64,000 nucleotides of DNA from Polyangiales bacterium (GTDB lineage Bacteria; Myxococcota_A; Polyangia; Polyangiales; Houyiibacteriaceae). How positions within the stretch are numbered: position 1 is the stretch's first letter; every line of letters starts with the position of its first letter. Below are positions 32,118-41,796 of the stretch, piece by piece. The translations under genes were made by a program, and so were the position numbers. The notes beneath the pieces are model-generated. The model ran no database searches. It was not told the origin of the DNA and worked only from the letters and a program-made list of their open reading frames with translations. Location of the stretch: NCBI GenBank assembly GCA_045106895.1, contig JBGCFM010000016.1, positions 64,001 through 128,000 on the forward strand, written 5' to 3'.

Positions 32118-34409
32118 ATGGGCCGCCTGACTCGATTGACGTTCGCGCTCGTCGTCGTCGCGTGTGGCGGTGGCGAGGTGTCGAGTCCCCGAGAGCAGCG
32201 TCGCGCTACGCCTCCACCGTCCGAAGAGGTGATGGTTCCCGTCGTCGCCGAGACTTCACCGCCTCGCGTTCGTGTCTCATTGCCTCCTCCGATTCGCATC
32301 GACGTCAACGCGGAGCGAGCCATCGACGCCGCCGTAGCGGGCGCGCTGGCGGCGGATTCACTGCCCGGTGCCGTCGTGCTCATCGGAGACTCCCAAGGGA
32401 CACATTTTGCGCGCGCGTATGGTCAGCGTTCCGTTGAACCAACGAGGTCACGCATGAGCCTCGACACGGTCTTTGACCTCGCGTCGCTCACGAAAGTGTT
32501 TACGGCCCTCGGTGTTCTACGCCTCGTGGCCGCCGGTCGACTCACCTTGGAAGAGGACTTAGGTCGTCACATCCCGGCCCTTGCAGGCGTGAGCGCCGAG
32601 GATCTTCTGCTTCATCGCGCGGGTTTCCCGGCGGTGGATGCGCTCGGTGACTACGTCACGGATCGAGATACGAATATCGAACGCATCTTGGCGACGGAGC
32701 GAACTCCGCCGGGTGCCTTCCGCTACTCAGACCTCGGCTACATTGCCTTGGGCGAGGTCATCGAGCGCATGAGCGGCAAACCTCTCGATGAAGCGATTCG
32801 CGAGCTGGTCTGTGAACCCCTTGGCCTTCAGGCGCGCTTCCGGCCGGAGTTCGACGAACGTATCGCTCCAACGGAGTATGCGCCGCGCCGCGCCGCAGAA
32901 GGCGAAGAGCCGCCGATGATTCGCGGCGTGGTACATGATCCACGCGCGTATCGCCTCGGCGGCGTCGCCGGCCACGCCGGACTCTTCGCGAGCGCCTCGG
33001 ACGTCGCGAAGGTTGCTCGAATGCTCCTCGGCGGCGTCGACGGCTTTCTGCCCGAGGCGCTGCGCCGGCGCATGCTGACGCCCGTGCGCATGGGCGAGGC
33101 GGAGCGAACTTTGGGCTTGGATGCCTACGACGGCGGAGTCGCCCACCGCGGCTTCACGGGAACCTTCCTCCACGTCCACGAAGGCCATGGGCGCTTCGCC
33201 GTAGTGTTGACTCACGCCGTTCACCCGAGAGCCCAGGGTAACGCGGCTCCGTTGCGCGACGCCATTCGCGCTCTCGCGAATGAAGTCCAGGTCCTCGCCG
33301 AGCCCGCGGAACTCGCTTTCGGCATCGATGTCCTTCGGGCGGAGAGCTTTCGCCGCCTCGCGGGGAAACGAGTCGGACTGTTCACGCATGATGCCGCCGT
33401 CGCACGAGACGGACAGACCACGCGACGTCTCCTTCAAGACGCCGTCGACCTACGCCTGCTTTTTGCGCCGGAGCACGGCCTAGGCGCGAACCGCGAAGGC
33501 GTGATTGCAGACGAGCGCGCAGACGGCGTCGTCATACAGAGCCTCTTTGGGGCAAACCGTGATCCGCGCCCTGAGGCCTTTGAGCGCTTCGATGTGTTGA
33601 TTGTCGATATTCAAGATGTCGGCGCGCGCTTCTACACATACTTTGCGTCCATGCATCGCCTGCTCCGCGCAGCGGCGCTCGCTGGCACACCCGTTCTCAT
33701 TCTCGACCGTCCGAACCCGCTTGGCGGCGTCCGCGTTGAAGGGCCCCTCGTCGAGCCTTCCCACGAGACCTTCATCAACCACCACCCGCTGCCGATCTTG
33801 CATGGACTCAGCGCGGGGGAGATGGCTCGGCTTCTCGTCGCCGAGGAGGAGCTCGATGTAGACCTCGAGGTCGTCACGATACAAGGCTGGAGCGGCGAGA
33901 CCTGGCGTGATCTTAACCTCCGCTGGGTGCCCGCCTCGCCGAACCTTCGAACTCTCGACGCCGTGGAGCTCTATCCCGCCGTCGCTCTCGTCGAAGGCGC
34001 CAATGTGTCCGTGGGCCGAGGGACAGATACGCCTTTTCAGCTCGTCGGCGCACCCTACGTCGACGCGGAGCGCTTGCTGGCGGCGGTTGTCGCCGCCGGC
34101 GGACGCGGCGAAGTCGCGTCCTTCGAGCCCAGCGCGAGGCCGTTTCGAGGCCGCCCGTGCCATGGAGTACGCCTGAGCCCCGACGGCTCATCTCTGGCTC
34201 TCGGCTTCGCCATTCTCGGAAGTCTCGCCACCCACCGGCAGTTTCAAGGGGCTCGCACGGCGGGTCTTCTGGCGTCGGATACTGTCCAGCGCGAGGCCCT
34301 GCGCGGCCAGGCAGGTCTCGTGGAGAGCTTTCGTCCAGCAGAGCTTGCGTTTGAGGCTCGCCGCGTCCCACATTTGCTGTATGAAAGGCGCTCACAAGAA
34401 ACGCCGTGA
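32118..34409 (+). CDS. Lipoprotein fusion: beta-lactamase-fold serine hydrolase + NamZ/YbbC (DUF1343) exo-beta-N-acetylmuramidase
   Basis: VVAC lipobox; FDLASLTK; YSDLG; GVVHDP; GHAGLF; then LFAPEHG, DIQDVGARFYTY, LDRPNP, SVGRGT. Confidence 0.88.
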   Translation: MGRLTRLTFALVVVACGGGEVSSPREQRRATPPPSEEVMVPVVAETSPPRVRVSLPPPIRIDVNAERAIDAAVAGALAADSLPGAVVLIGDSQGTHFARAYGQRSVEPTRSRMSLDTVFDLASLTKVFTALGVLRLVAAGRLTLEEDLGRHIPALAGVSAEDLLLHRAGFPAVDALGDYVTDRDTNIERILATERTPPGAFRYSDLGYIALGEVIERMSGKPLDEAIRELVCEPLGLQARFRPEFDERIAPTEYAPRRAAEGEEPPMIRGVVHDPRAYRLGGVAGHAGLFASASDVAKVARMLLGGVDGFLPEALRRRMLTPVRMGEAERTLGLDAYDGGVAHRGFTGTFLHVHEGHGRFAVVLTHAVHPRAQGNAAPLRDAIRALANEVQVLAEPAELAFGIDVLRAESFRRLAGKRVGLFTHDAAVARDGQTTRRLLQDAVDLRLLFAPEHGLGANREGVIADERADGVVIQSLFGANRDPRPEAFERFDVLIVDIQDVGARFYTYFASMHRLLRAAALAGTPVLILDRPNPLGGVRVEGPLVEPSHETFINHHPLPILHGLSAGEMARLLVAEEELDVDLEVVTIQGWSGETWRDLNLRWVPASPNLRTLDAVELYPAVALVEGANVSVGRGTDTPFQLVGAPYVDAERLLAAVVAAGGRGEVASFEPSARPFRGRPCHGVRLSPDGSSLALGFAILGSLATHRQFQGARTAGLLASDTVQREALRGQAGLVESFRPAELAFEARRVPHLLYERRSQETP

Positions 34410-34476
34410 ACATTGACTTTCGCGGGGGTTCATGGCCGGATCACCCGGCTCCATCTCCTGGGGCGCCCTTTTCACT

Positions 34477-37400
34477 ATGTCCGCTCTTACCTCGCTGCTC
34501 GTTCGGGATCAGAAAGTCCCAGTTCGCAAGATCGAAGAGGCTATTCAGCGTCAGGTCATCGCGGGTGGTGGGTTCGATACGATCCTCCTCGAAGCGAAAC
34601 TTCTCCCCGAGAATGAGATCGCTTCTTACTGCGCGGCTGTGCACGGGCTTGGTCCGGCCACGCGCGCCGAGTGCATGGATGTTCCGCGGGATGTAATCCG
34701 TACGGTGCCCAACGAGGTCGCCGAGCGCCATCGCCTGGTTCCCCTCGACTTCGACGGTCAGCGTCTCATCGTCGCCGTGGACCAACCTCTTCCATTCGAA
34801 GTGGACCAGCAGCTTGGCTTCCTTCTGGGCGTCACGGTGGAACAACGCATCGCGCCGGAGATGCGTATCGCCGCGGCGCTGCACCAGCACTTCGGGATCG
34901 AAATGGTTCCGCGCATGCGCCGCCTCGCTGAGAAGCAACAGGCGCTCTCCGCTGGCTCGGCGGTTTTTGTCGAACCCCTCGTCACGCCCTCGGAACCAGA
35001 GAGCGCTTGGCCCGGCGAGCAAGAAAGCGTCGTCCCGACGAAGCGCTTTGGCACCGTCGACAGCACGCGGGCTCCTTCCAGTGGGCCGGCGAGCGGGCCC
35101 AAAGTGACCACGTCACGGACCGTGACTCTCAGTGAGTTCACCCCGCCGCACAGCGTCTCGTCCGTCCCGGATGAACCAGAGGTACTCGATTCTCCGGTTT
35201 CACCGGTTGCTCCTGCTACGTCACCGGTTGCTCCCGCCACGCTGCCGGTCTCTTCGCCGCCGGTCTCTTCGCCGCCGGAGGTCGCGGAGCGCTTGAAGCG
35301 TCTCAGCGCGCCTCCTCAGCCGTCCCGCATCAGCGTTCCGCAGAGCGAGAGCCTTATTAAGCACCGCGGACCTTTGACGGCGGGCCGCGCAGTCGAGCTC
35401 CTCAAAGGAGCGGAAGGCCGAGACGAGATCCTGGAGATCTCCTTCGCGTTCTTCCGTCAGTTCTTCGATGTAAGCGCGATCTTTGTCATCCAAGACGGCG
35501 AGGCCGAAGGCCTGGAAATCACCGGACCCGGTGCAGATCTCTCCCGCTTCGAGCGCCTCGGCGTTCCTTTGGACGAGCCGTCGGCGTTTCAGTTTGTGAC
35601 CGAGGGCGGTGTTCCCTTCGTCGACCGACTCGCGCGCACGGAGCTCGACACGAAGGTCCGTTCGGACATGGCTCGCGTCGACCTGACGCCGGCGCTGCTG
35701 CTGCCCATCAAGATTCGCAACCGCGTCGTTCTCATCTTCTACGGCGACCGCTCCGGAGAAACGTTCACGCTGGCTGACATCCCAGAGCCTGTGGCATTCG
35801 CACCGCGGGTCACGGAGGCGCTTCAACAGCTAATTCTGCGCCGTAAGTTCCGGCGGGGGAGCGCGGCTCCGACGAAGCAACAGGCGCTAGCGCCTTCTGA
35901 GGCTCCCGAAAAGAGCGTCCAGGTAGCTCCAGAGAAGAGCGCCCACGACACGTTGGAGACCGCCGCCCCGGTGCATCTCCTCGATGAGCCTGGGCAGAGT
36001 ATCCAAGCGCCTGAGGAGCCCAAATACACTGCGCCTGAGCGAGAAGAGGCACCCGTCCTAGCGGAGGACGAGTCGCATGTTCGCTGGTCAGAACCACCTC
36101 CACCACCGCCTTCGCGGAAACGTCGTGGCCGCGAGCGGAGCCCGTCTTTTGATGTGCTGGGTGTTCCGCGAAGCGCTCCTCCGCCACCGATGCCGGGTGA
36201 GCAGCCCCAGGTGACAGCACCCAGCAATCCACCGTTGACGGACCTGGACGAAGACTTCCCAGAGCTCAGCGTCGACGATCCGCCCGCACCGCGACGCGTC
36301 GGTAGTTATGTGATGAAGGGCGGTACCGCGGAGGTTGTCCGCCGGAGCAAGTACACGCCGGACGCGGAGGCTTCGAAGGAAAAGCCGGCGGAGAAGAAAG
36401 ACTGGCGGAACAGTCCGGACCTCCCTTCGCCGGTTGCGTTTTCACCGCCCGCGCAGAGCCCTGAAGACGACGATGACGGGCCAGAACTCATTGTCGAGAG
36501 CGAGCCGAGCGAGCCGAGCGAGCGCGAGAAGCGCGAGAGTGCGTCTCCGATCCCACTGACCTCCACACTGCGCCGGCCCACGAAACCTCGTGACTCCGAC
36601 GTGGGCGAGGAGATCATCATCACGGAGACAACGCCCGCCGACGGGCTCAGCTCCGACATCAACAAGCTCGACTCCATTCCCCCAGCGACGGCGAGTGCGC
36701 GAAAGCGACGGCAGAGCGAATCTACGGCGAGCGTCATCATCGAGATGGATGACAGCATCGAAGCCGTCGTCGAAGACCTGCGTTACAGCGGCCCCGACGA
36801 ACCCGAAGCCGCGGTCCGAGCCGTTGTCCAGCAGGGGGAAGCCGCGCTGCCGGTGTTGGTTCGAGAGTTTCCAGGGCCCCTCTTCTTTGACCGCACGCAA
36901 CCCCACCGACGTCTTCCTCGGGGGCGCGATATCTCAGCTGTGGGTCGCGCGATCGCAGCTTTCGGTGACTTGGCGGTCCCGTACGTCGTGTCGCTCCTCG
37001 ACCACGATGATGCAGATCATCGCTTCTACGCCGTGCTGCTCTCGTCCGAGTTCTCACATGCGCGTCTCGTACAGCCACTTGGCGACCGTATCTTCGACGC
37101 CGACCGTGGTGTTGGGACCCTCGCCCTCGACGTCCTACGTACGCTCTTGCCATTCGAGCGAGAGCTTGCAGCCCTGACGGAGCGGCTCCGCGCGGAGGCG
37201 AGGATTCCCAGCGCGCTCCTCGACTACCGCGTTACCGCGCTGCGCGCGCTCGGTGAGCTTCGTGACCGCGCAGCGCTCGACATGCTCGCGCTCTTCGTGG
37301 AAAGGGAGCGCGAGGAACTCGCTGAGGCGGCGCATCGCTCCCTTGTTCAGATCACCCGGCAAGACTTTGGTGACTCCGTTCCACGTTGGTTGCTCTGGAT

Positions 37401-37617
37401 CGATGACAACAAGGACCGTCATCGTGTGGAGTGGCTTATCGACTCGCTCTCGCACGTGGATGAGACGATGCGGCGTAAGGCTGCGGACGAGCTCAAAGAG
37501 CTGACGCACGAGTACTACGGTTACCATCCAGCGCTCTCCAAGAAAGAGCGCGAGATCGCTCAGAAGAAGTACCGTCGGTGGTGGGACTCCGATGGCCGCT
37601 ACCGCTTCGGTCGTTAG
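34477..37617 (+). CDS. GspE/PilB N-terminal-domain protein with Pro-rich linkers, GAF-like middle and HEAT-like C-terminus (FrgA-like), no ATPase domain
   Basis: IEEAIQRQ...VPNEVAERHRLVPL...LIVAVDQP N-domain; LLLPIKIRNRVVLIFYGD; helical repeats; no Walker A seen. Confidence 0.7.
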   Translation: MSALTSLLVRDQKVPVRKIEEAIQRQVIAGGGFDTILLEAKLLPENEIASYCAAVHGLGPATRAECMDVPRDVIRTVPNEVAERHRLVPLDFDGQRLIVAVDQPLPFEVDQQLGFLLGVTVEQRIAPEMRIAAALHQHFGIEMVPRMRRLAEKQQALSAGSAVFVEPLVTPSEPESAWPGEQESVVPTKRFGTVDSTRAPSSGPASGPKVTTSRTVTLSEFTPPHSVSSVPDEPEVLDSPVSPVAPATSPVAPATLPVSSPPVSSPPEVAERLKRLSAPPQPSRISVPQSESLIKHRGPLTAGRAVELLKGAEGRDEILEISFAFFRQFFDVSAIFVIQDGEAEGLEITGPGADLSRFERLGVPLDEPSAFQFVTEGGVPFVDRLARTELDTKVRSDMARVDLTPALLLPIKIRNRVVLIFYGDRSGETFTLADIPEPVAFAPRVTEALQQLILRRKFRRGSAAPTKQQALAPSEAPEKSVQVAPEKSAHDTLETAAPVHLLDEPGQSIQAPEEPKYTAPEREEAPVLAEDESHVRWSEPPPPPPSRKRRGRERSPSFDVLGVPRSAPPPPMPGEQPQVTAPSNPPLTDLDEDFPELSVDDPPAPRRVGSYVMKGGTAEVVRRSKYTPDAEASKEKPAEKKDWRNSPDLPSPVAFSPPAQSPEDDDDGPELIVESEPSEPSEREKRESASPIPLTSTLRRPTKPRDSDVGEEIIITETTPADGLSSDINKLDSIPPATASARKRRQSESTASVIIEMDDSIEAVVEDLRYSGPDEPEAAVRAVVQQGEAALPVLVREFPGPLFFDRTQPHRRLPRGRDISAVGRAIAAFGDLAVPYVVSLLDHDDADHRFYAVLLSSEFSHARLVQPLGDRIFDADRGVGTLALDVLRTLLPFERELAALTERLRAEARIPSALLDYRVTALRALGELRDRAALDMLALFVEREREELAEAAHRSLVQITRQDFGDSVPRWLLWIDDNKDRHRVEWLIDSLSHVDETMRRKAADELKELTHEYYGYHPALSKKEREIAQKKYRRWWDSDGRYRFGR

Positions 37618-37646
37618 CAAACGACCGAAGCCCGATCGTTCACGCG

Positions 37647-38594
37647 TTACTCGAAGACCTCGCCGATGTTCTCCTGGCTCGGTTGGTGACCACCTGCGGG
37701 CCCCTCCCATCGACGGCGGTCGCGCGTCAGTCGCCAGATTCCGTAGATCAGTGGAGCCGCGATGGCCCAGCCGACGAACATCCACCACAAAGGCATGGGG
37801 GTGTCGGTGCCATGGCCGACGTTGAGGGACTCCACGTCGAGCTTGCTTCCGAGCAGCGCGAAGCTGTTGTTGAAGGTGTGGGTGACGACGCAGACCCAGA
37901 GGCTGCCGGTGCGTGCGCCGAGCCAAGCAAGGTAGAACCCGAGGGGCAGCACGCCGACGATGTGGTGAGGGTCCATATGAAAGAAGGAGAAGCTCACCGC
38001 GGAAATGGTGATCGCTTTCATTCCGAAACCCCAGCTTCGTTGGACGAGTCCGCGAAAGAAGATCTCCTCAGCGAAACCGGGGGTAAGGGCGATGACCGGC
38101 CAGAGCATCCAGAAGGAGTTTCCTTCGGCGATGCGCTGCAACGTATCCAAAGCGCCAAACGTCCAGTCCGGGGCCAAGTGCGCCATCGTGCGAACCAGCA
38201 CATCGGAGGTCGGTCCGAGGGCGATGATGGCAAGAGGCGCGAGAATAAAGACTGGCCAGGGGGCGCCGCGAAACCCGAGGCCTTCGCGAATACTCGTCCG
38301 CGTCAGCTTCGCGCTGAGGAGCGCAGCGGCGGTGAGCGACAGGCCTGTGAAGAGCACGCTCATGAGCACCATCGGGTAGCGCGTGACTACTTCCTCGAGC
38401 TGAGCTTGGTCGAGGGGGTTTCCACCCTCACTCGTGAGAATGCCGACGGCGATGACCGCGCTTACGATGCCTCCCACCACCAAAGCGACAATGCCGCCGA
38501 GGATCGCCCCGAGCGTGGATGCCCATCTGGGAATCGCGCTTCGAAGGCCGTCAGGGGTAGGTACTGGATTTGGTGCGTCGACGCGTTCGCTCAT
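37647..38594 (-). CDS. CPBP (type II CAAX/Abi) intramembrane glutamic protease
   Basis: EEIFFRG, FSFFH and HTFNN motifs. Confidence 0.9.
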   Translation of the reverse strand: MSERVDAPNPVPTPDGLRSAIPRWASTLGAILGGIVALVVGGIVSAVIAVGILTSEGGNPLDQAQLEEVVTRYPMVLMSVLFTGLSLTAAALLSAKLTRTSIREGLGFRGAPWPVFILAPLAIIALGPTSDVLVRTMAHLAPDWTFGALDTLQRIAEGNSFWMLWPVIALTPGFAEEIFFRGLVQRSWGFGMKAITISAVSFSFFHMDPHHIVGVLPLGFYLAWLGARTGSLWVCVVTHTFNNSFALLGSKLDVESLNVGHGTDTPMPLWWMFVGWAIAAPLIYGIWRLTRDRRRWEGPAGGHQPSQENIGEVFE

Positions 38595-39292
38595 CAGAAT
38601 ACGTAGCGTAGGTAGAACGTACCGTGGACGCCAAGGGCGAGTTCTCCATCGAACCCTTGTAGGTTGGAGTGAACGCGGGCTCCGCCGGCGAGTCCAAAGG
38701 AGTGGTGCCGGTTTCGCATATGCCAGTCGAAGCCAAGCTGGCCGCCGTAGATCAAACCCACGCCTTGAGCGTCTTGAAGCCCGTAGGTTCGGAGTACGTC
38801 ACTCGTCGTCAGACCCAGGCCGACCTCGCCCGCGAGCCACAACGCGGCGCGCGCGCTTACGTTGGCTTGGACGCGGACCTGGCCCAAGAATCCGAGAACA
38901 TCAAAGACCGTCGGACTCGGAGGGCTCGGGGCACTCGTTCGGTGCAGGGAGCCTTCTACGATGCCGCCAACGGAGAGCCATGGGAGGAACTCGTAGCCGA
39001 TGTTGAGCTGAAAGAATGGGCCCACGTTTGAAAGACGACCGACGCCTCCAATGAACCCGCGAGCGCCGACCATGCCTTCGATGTAGACGCCGTGTGAGTA
39101 CAGCTCTCGCGTGACTTGAATCGCTTCCGGCGGCAGGCGCTCCACGTCGAGGCGCGTCGTGTCCGGCGCTTCTGTTTCCTGCGCCCACGAGTCCGTCGGG
39201 GTGAGCGTGAAAACAAGCACAAGGGCGATGACGATGGAGCGGGCGCGCTGCACACGACACGCTACCACGCCTGCTACTGACAAACCCAGCAT
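38594..39292 (-). CDS. Outer-membrane beta-barrel protein (possibly CglE-like)
   Basis: GGAGG SD; signal peptide; amphipathic strands; ends LRYVF. Confidence 0.65.
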   Translation of the reverse strand: MLGLSVAGVVACRVQRARSIVIALVLVFTLTPTDSWAQETEAPDTTRLDVERLPPEAIQVTRELYSHGVYIEGMVGARGFIGGVGRLSNVGPFFQLNIGYEFLPWLSVGGIVEGSLHRTSAPSPPSPTVFDVLGFLGQVRVQANVSARAALWLAGEVGLGLTTSDVLRTYGLQDAQGVGLIYGGQLGFDWHMRNRHHSFGLAGGARVHSNLQGFDGELALGVHGTFYLRYVF

Positions 39293-39333
39293 GGGAACCC
39301 TCCCTCAGTCCTCTTTTCTGGTAGACTACAAAT

Positions 39334-39681
39334 GTGGGGGACCAGAAAAAAGCCGGCAAAAAGGCGCGCCATCAGACGATGCAGGTCGACGTCGACGAGC
39401 TCTACGCGACGCTTGAAGCGCAGGGCGTAAAACCTCCACCCCTGCTTCCTGGGTCATCCCCATCCACGGCGCCGGCCCCCGTCGTCGTACCCCCAGCCGC
39501 CGGCATCCCAGAAGAGCCGTCCGGTGGCTTTGGCACAAAAGAATACGTGCTGATCGTGGTCATCGCCATCGTCGCGGCGGCCGCGGCTTGGGGACTCTCG
39601 CAGGTCGTCTTCTCCGACCCCGAGCCCGAAGCGGAGCCCGCTGGCACGATGGAACTGGGTCCCATCGAACTTAGCGACTGA
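39334..39681 (+). CDS. Small single-TM Pro-rich protein
   Basis: TAGACT 6 nt before the GTG; TM YVLIVVIAIVAAAAAWG. Confidence 0.6.
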   Translation: MGDQKKAGKKARHQTMQVDVDELYATLEAQGVKPPPLLPGSSPSTAPAPVVVPPAAGIPEEPSGGFGTKEYVLIVVIAIVAAAAAWGLSQVVFSDPEPEAEPAGTMELGPIELSD

Positions 39682-39683
39682 GC

Positions 39684-40484
39684 TTACTCCTCTTCGACGA
39701 CCAAGCTCGATGGGAAGAAGGCCTCCGGCGTGGGGGCTTCCCATGCGTCGACCTCTTCCACGAGGATTCCACGCTCGTCTCGAACGCGCACAGTCAGTTC
39801 CACAAGAACACGCGGCGGCGGAGCGTCGGCTTCGCCGAGAACGACGAGGCCAACGCGAACGCCGGTGAGCGCGGGAACAATGGACGGTACGAAGCGCATC
39901 GAGCGCGCATCACTCGCGCTGTGGTTGTCCGGGTGAACAACCTGGTTGGCGTTGCTCGCGCCATTGACGACGGTGGCGAGGTCGACGGCGACTTCGTCGA
40001 GGTGCTCTTCGCGGATCGTTCCAAAGCGCCTCTCCTGAGGCTCGAGCTGCACCCGGCGCTCGTATTGGGAGAAGTCCGGAATGATGTCTTCCTCATCGAC
40101 GATGAATTCTGGGAAGTACTCGTGGAACTCGTTGATGCCGTTGATCACAATGGTGACGTCCGAGCGGGACTCCTCGATGTTGACGAGGACGTAGTCGATC
40201 TCCACCTCGTAGTCGCCGCGGGCGACCCAAGGGCGCCTGGCCCAAGGAAGGTCTTCTGCCCCACTGCTCAGCGCTCCAAACTCTTCGCCGGTGGGTGCCT
40301 CTAGGGGCAGCATCACGCGCTGCTCAGCAATGTACATGGCCGCGTCTTCAACAACGACGGCCGCTGGCGTTTCCTCCGTGAGGGCAAACGCAAAGAAGCC
40401 GTCCTCGCCGATGTGAACGCGGTTGGAGCATGCCGAGAGCAGCAGCCCTGCTGTGAGCAAGGCCGAGTACAGGAGAGAGCGCAT
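39684..40484 (-). CDS. Hypothetical lipoprotein
   Basis: LSAC lipobox; TATCTT 6 nt before the ATG. Confidence 0.7.
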   Translation of the reverse strand: MRSLLYSALLTAGLLLSACSNRVHIGEDGFFAFALTEETPAAVVVEDAAMYIAEQRVMLPLEAPTGEEFGALSSGAEDLPWARRPWVARGDYEVEIDYVLVNIEESRSDVTIVINGINEFHEYFPEFIVDEEDIIPDFSQYERRVQLEPQERRFGTIREEHLDEVAVDLATVVNGASNANQVVHPDNHSASDARSMRFVPSIVPALTGVRVGLVVLGEADAPPPRVLVELTVRVRDERGILVEEVDAWEAPTPEAFFPSSLVVEEE

Positions 40485-40553
40485 GCTCCAAAGATAACGG
40501 GTCGTCGTTCGAAATGCGACGTCGTCGCTTGAAGTCGTGCTTAGAAGTCGCGC

Positions 40554-41255
40554 TTAGAAGTAGAGCGTGCCGCCCAGACGGGGGATAAGGAGAATGTCGG
40601 TCCCGTCGAGGACGCTCTCCGTTGCTGCGGCGATGCCGAAGTTGGCGACGACGTCGACTGCCGCCTCAAGTCCGACGGTCTGCGAGAGCTCAACCGCAAG
40701 GCCGACGGTGCCGCTAGCCGCTGGGTTGAAGTCATATTCAATGGAGCCGCCGCCCTCCTCGGTGACAAAGCCCCAGAAGTTCCCGCGGAACGCGACCGCC
40801 ACAAAGGGGAGAAAGCGCGAGGGGTTGAGGAACTGAAGGCGAGCCCCGATCGAAAAGTGAAACGAGGTGATACGACTGATCGCGCCGCCATCAATGGGCG
40901 GAAAAACCGCGGACGAAAGGTTGGTTTGAACACCGATGTGAACTTCGGGAACGAGCATCCCAAACTCCCAACCAAAGCGGCCCCCAATGCCAATGCCGAA
41001 GCCAGGTTCCCAGCTCCTGCCTGTGACCACGTCCGTCGGGTCGGTCAAAAAGAGCGGCACTGTCAGGTAGACGCCCGACTGGCGAGCTCCGCGTTCCGCG
41101 ACCGCTGGCTGCGCCGCCTGGGGCTCAGCCTGGTATTGCTGCTGCTGCTGGTTTTGCTGAACCCCCGTTCCGTCGTCTTGAATGAAGACGTCTTGCTGCG
41201 CGGAAGCCGAAACAGCGAAGAGAAGAATGGCGGAGGTGAGAAGCGCTCGGGTCAT
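40554..41255 (-). CDS. Small outer-membrane beta-barrel protein with Gln-rich N-terminus
   Basis: Signal peptide ASA-Q; about 8 amphipathic strands; ends GTLYF. Confidence 0.7.
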   Translation of the reverse strand: MTRALLTSAILLFAVSASAQQDVFIQDDGTGVQQNQQQQQYQAEPQAAQPAVAERGARQSGVYLTVPLFLTDPTDVVTGRSWEPGFGIGIGGRFGWEFGMLVPEVHIGVQTNLSSAVFPPIDGGAISRITSFHFSIGARLQFLNPSRFLPFVAVAFRGNFWGFVTEEGGGSIEYDFNPAASGTVGLAVELSQTVGLEAAVDVVANFGIAAATESVLDGTDILLIPRLGGTLYF

Positions 41256-41377
41256 AGTGTTACCTGTGGTTTACACAAAGAAGTGGGCAGGGCGTAGAAA
41301 GCGACGAGATCACGTTGGTGAACATTCATCGCTCTCTGACTAGAGCAAGAAGCGCGCCTGAGTGAGGCTTAGCTCGA

Positions 41378-41674
41378 TCAGCGACTGCAGACGGGTCGCG
41401 CCATGGCTTCCGGCGCGCCTTCGCAGCGAGGAAGGCCGTCGGCCGTGTCACAGGTCAGGACGCCGCTTGAACACGCAGGAGTAGGCGCGACAACGCATTC
41501 GACGGAATCAAAGTCCGGGGTGAGGCACTCGGCTGCGAAGCGGTCATCCTCTGCATCCCCTTCGGTCTCAATAACACGGCAAGAGGGCTGACAACCCTCG
41601 CCTTCGTAGCGGTTCACATCGGAAGCGCAGGCGACAAAGAGAAGGGAGAAGCAGCAGATAAGGGTGAAGCGCAT
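41378..41674 (-). CDS. Small Cys-rich lipoprotein
   Basis: GAGGA SD; FVAC lipobox; 8 further Cys. Confidence 0.65.
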   Translation of the reverse strand: MRFTLICCFSLLFVACASDVNRYEGEGCQPSCRVIETEGDAEDDRFAAECLTPDFDSVECVVAPTPACSSGVLTCDTADGLPRCEGAPEAMARPVCSR

Positions 41675-41685
41675 GGGTATTCCTC

Positions 41686-41708
41686 AAAAACACGTGGCTC
41701 AAGCCACG
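41686..41708 (-). terminator. Terminator-like hairpin directly before the RBS of the small lipoprotein gene
   Basis: CGTGGC-TTGA-GCCACG-TGTTTTT on the minus strand. Confidence 0.5.
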
Positions 41709-41796
41709 GAGTGGGGATTACCCCATTGCTCTCGGCTCCGCCAGTGCTCAGGAAGGGGTAGTTTCTGCCGGAGTCTATCGCCTAGGCGGAGTTCTC

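Noticed and set aside
37647..38594. CPBP protease as the myxosortase for the internal MYXO-CTERM
   Set aside because: Myxobacteria have several CPBP paralogs; it lies ~19 kb away and nothing in the sequence singles it out. An HMM or phylogeny would be needed.
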